This document shows positions 63,007 through 64,000 of a stretch of 64,000 nt of DNA, one piece after another. Position 1 is the first letter of the stretch; the number at the start of each line of letters is the position of its first letter. A model generated the notes under the pieces. That model did not search any database. It was not told where the DNA came from and saw nothing but the letters and a program-made list of their open reading frames with translations. A program made the translations under genes and the position numbers. Source of the stretch: Squalus acanthias (lineage: Eukaryota); assembly GCA_030390025.1 (NCBI GenBank), contig CM059430.1, positions 74,648,001 to 74,712,000 on the forward strand, written 5' to 3'.

Positions 63007-63728
63007 GCCGGATTTTGCGAACCCTACGCGTGCGTAGGAGGTGTGTATGCGTCCGTAGGGGCCTGGCAAGTTCTGAGTTTAGGCATGCGAAGCGCATGCA
63101 CCAAAACCCGGCCCTTGAGATCTGTCAAGCATCTGCTTCACAGATCCTTCCGATCCCTTGGAGAAGGGCCTCTGCGGGTGGAGAGTTGCGCTATTTGCCC
63201 AACTGCCGGCCATTGAATGCCTGTGCAATTCTTCCGCCTGGTTAAAACAGACATGTGGCCAGTTTAAAAAAATAGAAAAATAATATTTTAACACCCATTT
63301 ATACATAAAAAACCCTATCCAATAAGGTAAGTTTATTTTTAGACCCGTTAAAAAATTTGTTTTTCCAAAAATTACATTTTCGTTTGAATATTTAATTAAA
63401 TGGCATTTCATTAATTTTAAATATGTTTTTTAATGTATTTCATGTGTTCGTGTATTTTTTAAGTGATCCACATTCATACTTTTGGGAGTTCCGTCCATCC
63501 GTATGAATGGGGATTCACTTCTATTATTGGATGGGCCTCCCCACGTGATCCCAGGGGCGCTTCCGAACCGCCTGCACACCTGGGTAACGTGGACCTCTGC
63601 CCGCGCGTACCCGGAGAGGCCTCGGATCGCAAGCCTCCAGAACTCCCGCGCCACCAGGTAAATGCGTAAATATTTTGCTGGTTGGGGGCATCCGGCCGCG
63701 GGAAGCCTCCGATCGCAAATTTTGGGCC
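63007..63728 (+). mobile_element. ~720-bp TIR non-autonomous DNA element
   Basis: Ends gccggattttgcga / tcgcaaattttgggcc with AT flanks and the internal blocks shared with the other copies. Confidence 0.75.
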
Positions 63729-64000
63729 ATTCTTGGAGTCCTGTCCAGCACTTTCGGCTTAGCATCGACATTATACCTGCGATTTCTACCCTGGGGTTGA
63801 AGACCCGATCTGGCTCCGACAACAAGCCGGGTGGCTCTCTCCTTATCGCCTCCGTTGAACAGGTTTGGTCCTGACACCGGATTGCGGCTGCATTTAGAGT
63901 ATTATCTGTTTCCACGGATATCCTGCGCCAAGGCAGTATAGCGAAGAAACCAGTTAGAAAACAGCAGCAGTCGCCATCAGGGTGTCAGAAAATGTTACAT

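Noticed and set aside
63430-63915. 161-aa and 117-aa minus-strand ORFs
   Set aside because: They lie largely within the GC-rich arm of a TIR repeat and have no transposase or other motifs.

Overview
This is vertebrate genomic DNA, very probably from a cartilaginous fish, judged from the HE1-like V-SINE, Deu-domain SINE, abundant CR1 LINEs and a Penelope-like element. Most of the window is transposon-derived. The main host gene was rebuilt by hand and the ORF track shows only fragments of it. It has six coding exons on the minus strand (31420 to 11426; 1011 nt CDS, 336 aa), GT-AG junctions throughout and compatible phases. The product is signal peptide - germline-joined VJ-type Ig V domain - C1-set Ig domain with an extra membrane-proximal Cys - uncharged TM - cytoplasmic tail with an ITIM (LTYAAL) and an ITSM (TEYAAI). 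This is a non-rearranging receptor shaped like one antigen-receptor chain (V-J-C1) with a SIRPalpha/PD-1-type inhibitory tail. Several decayed leader/V/TM-like relics flank it and suggest a former receptor cluster (low confidence). The window also holds an intact, recently inserted Neptune-type Penelope element (RT + GIY-YIG, 712-bp pLTR direct repeats, target-site duplication, two minimal hammerhead ribozymes), a family of ~730-bp TIR elements including a nested pair, and a CR1 3' tail copy with an A-to-G hyperediting-like pattern. A 295-N assembly gap lies at 40860-41154.
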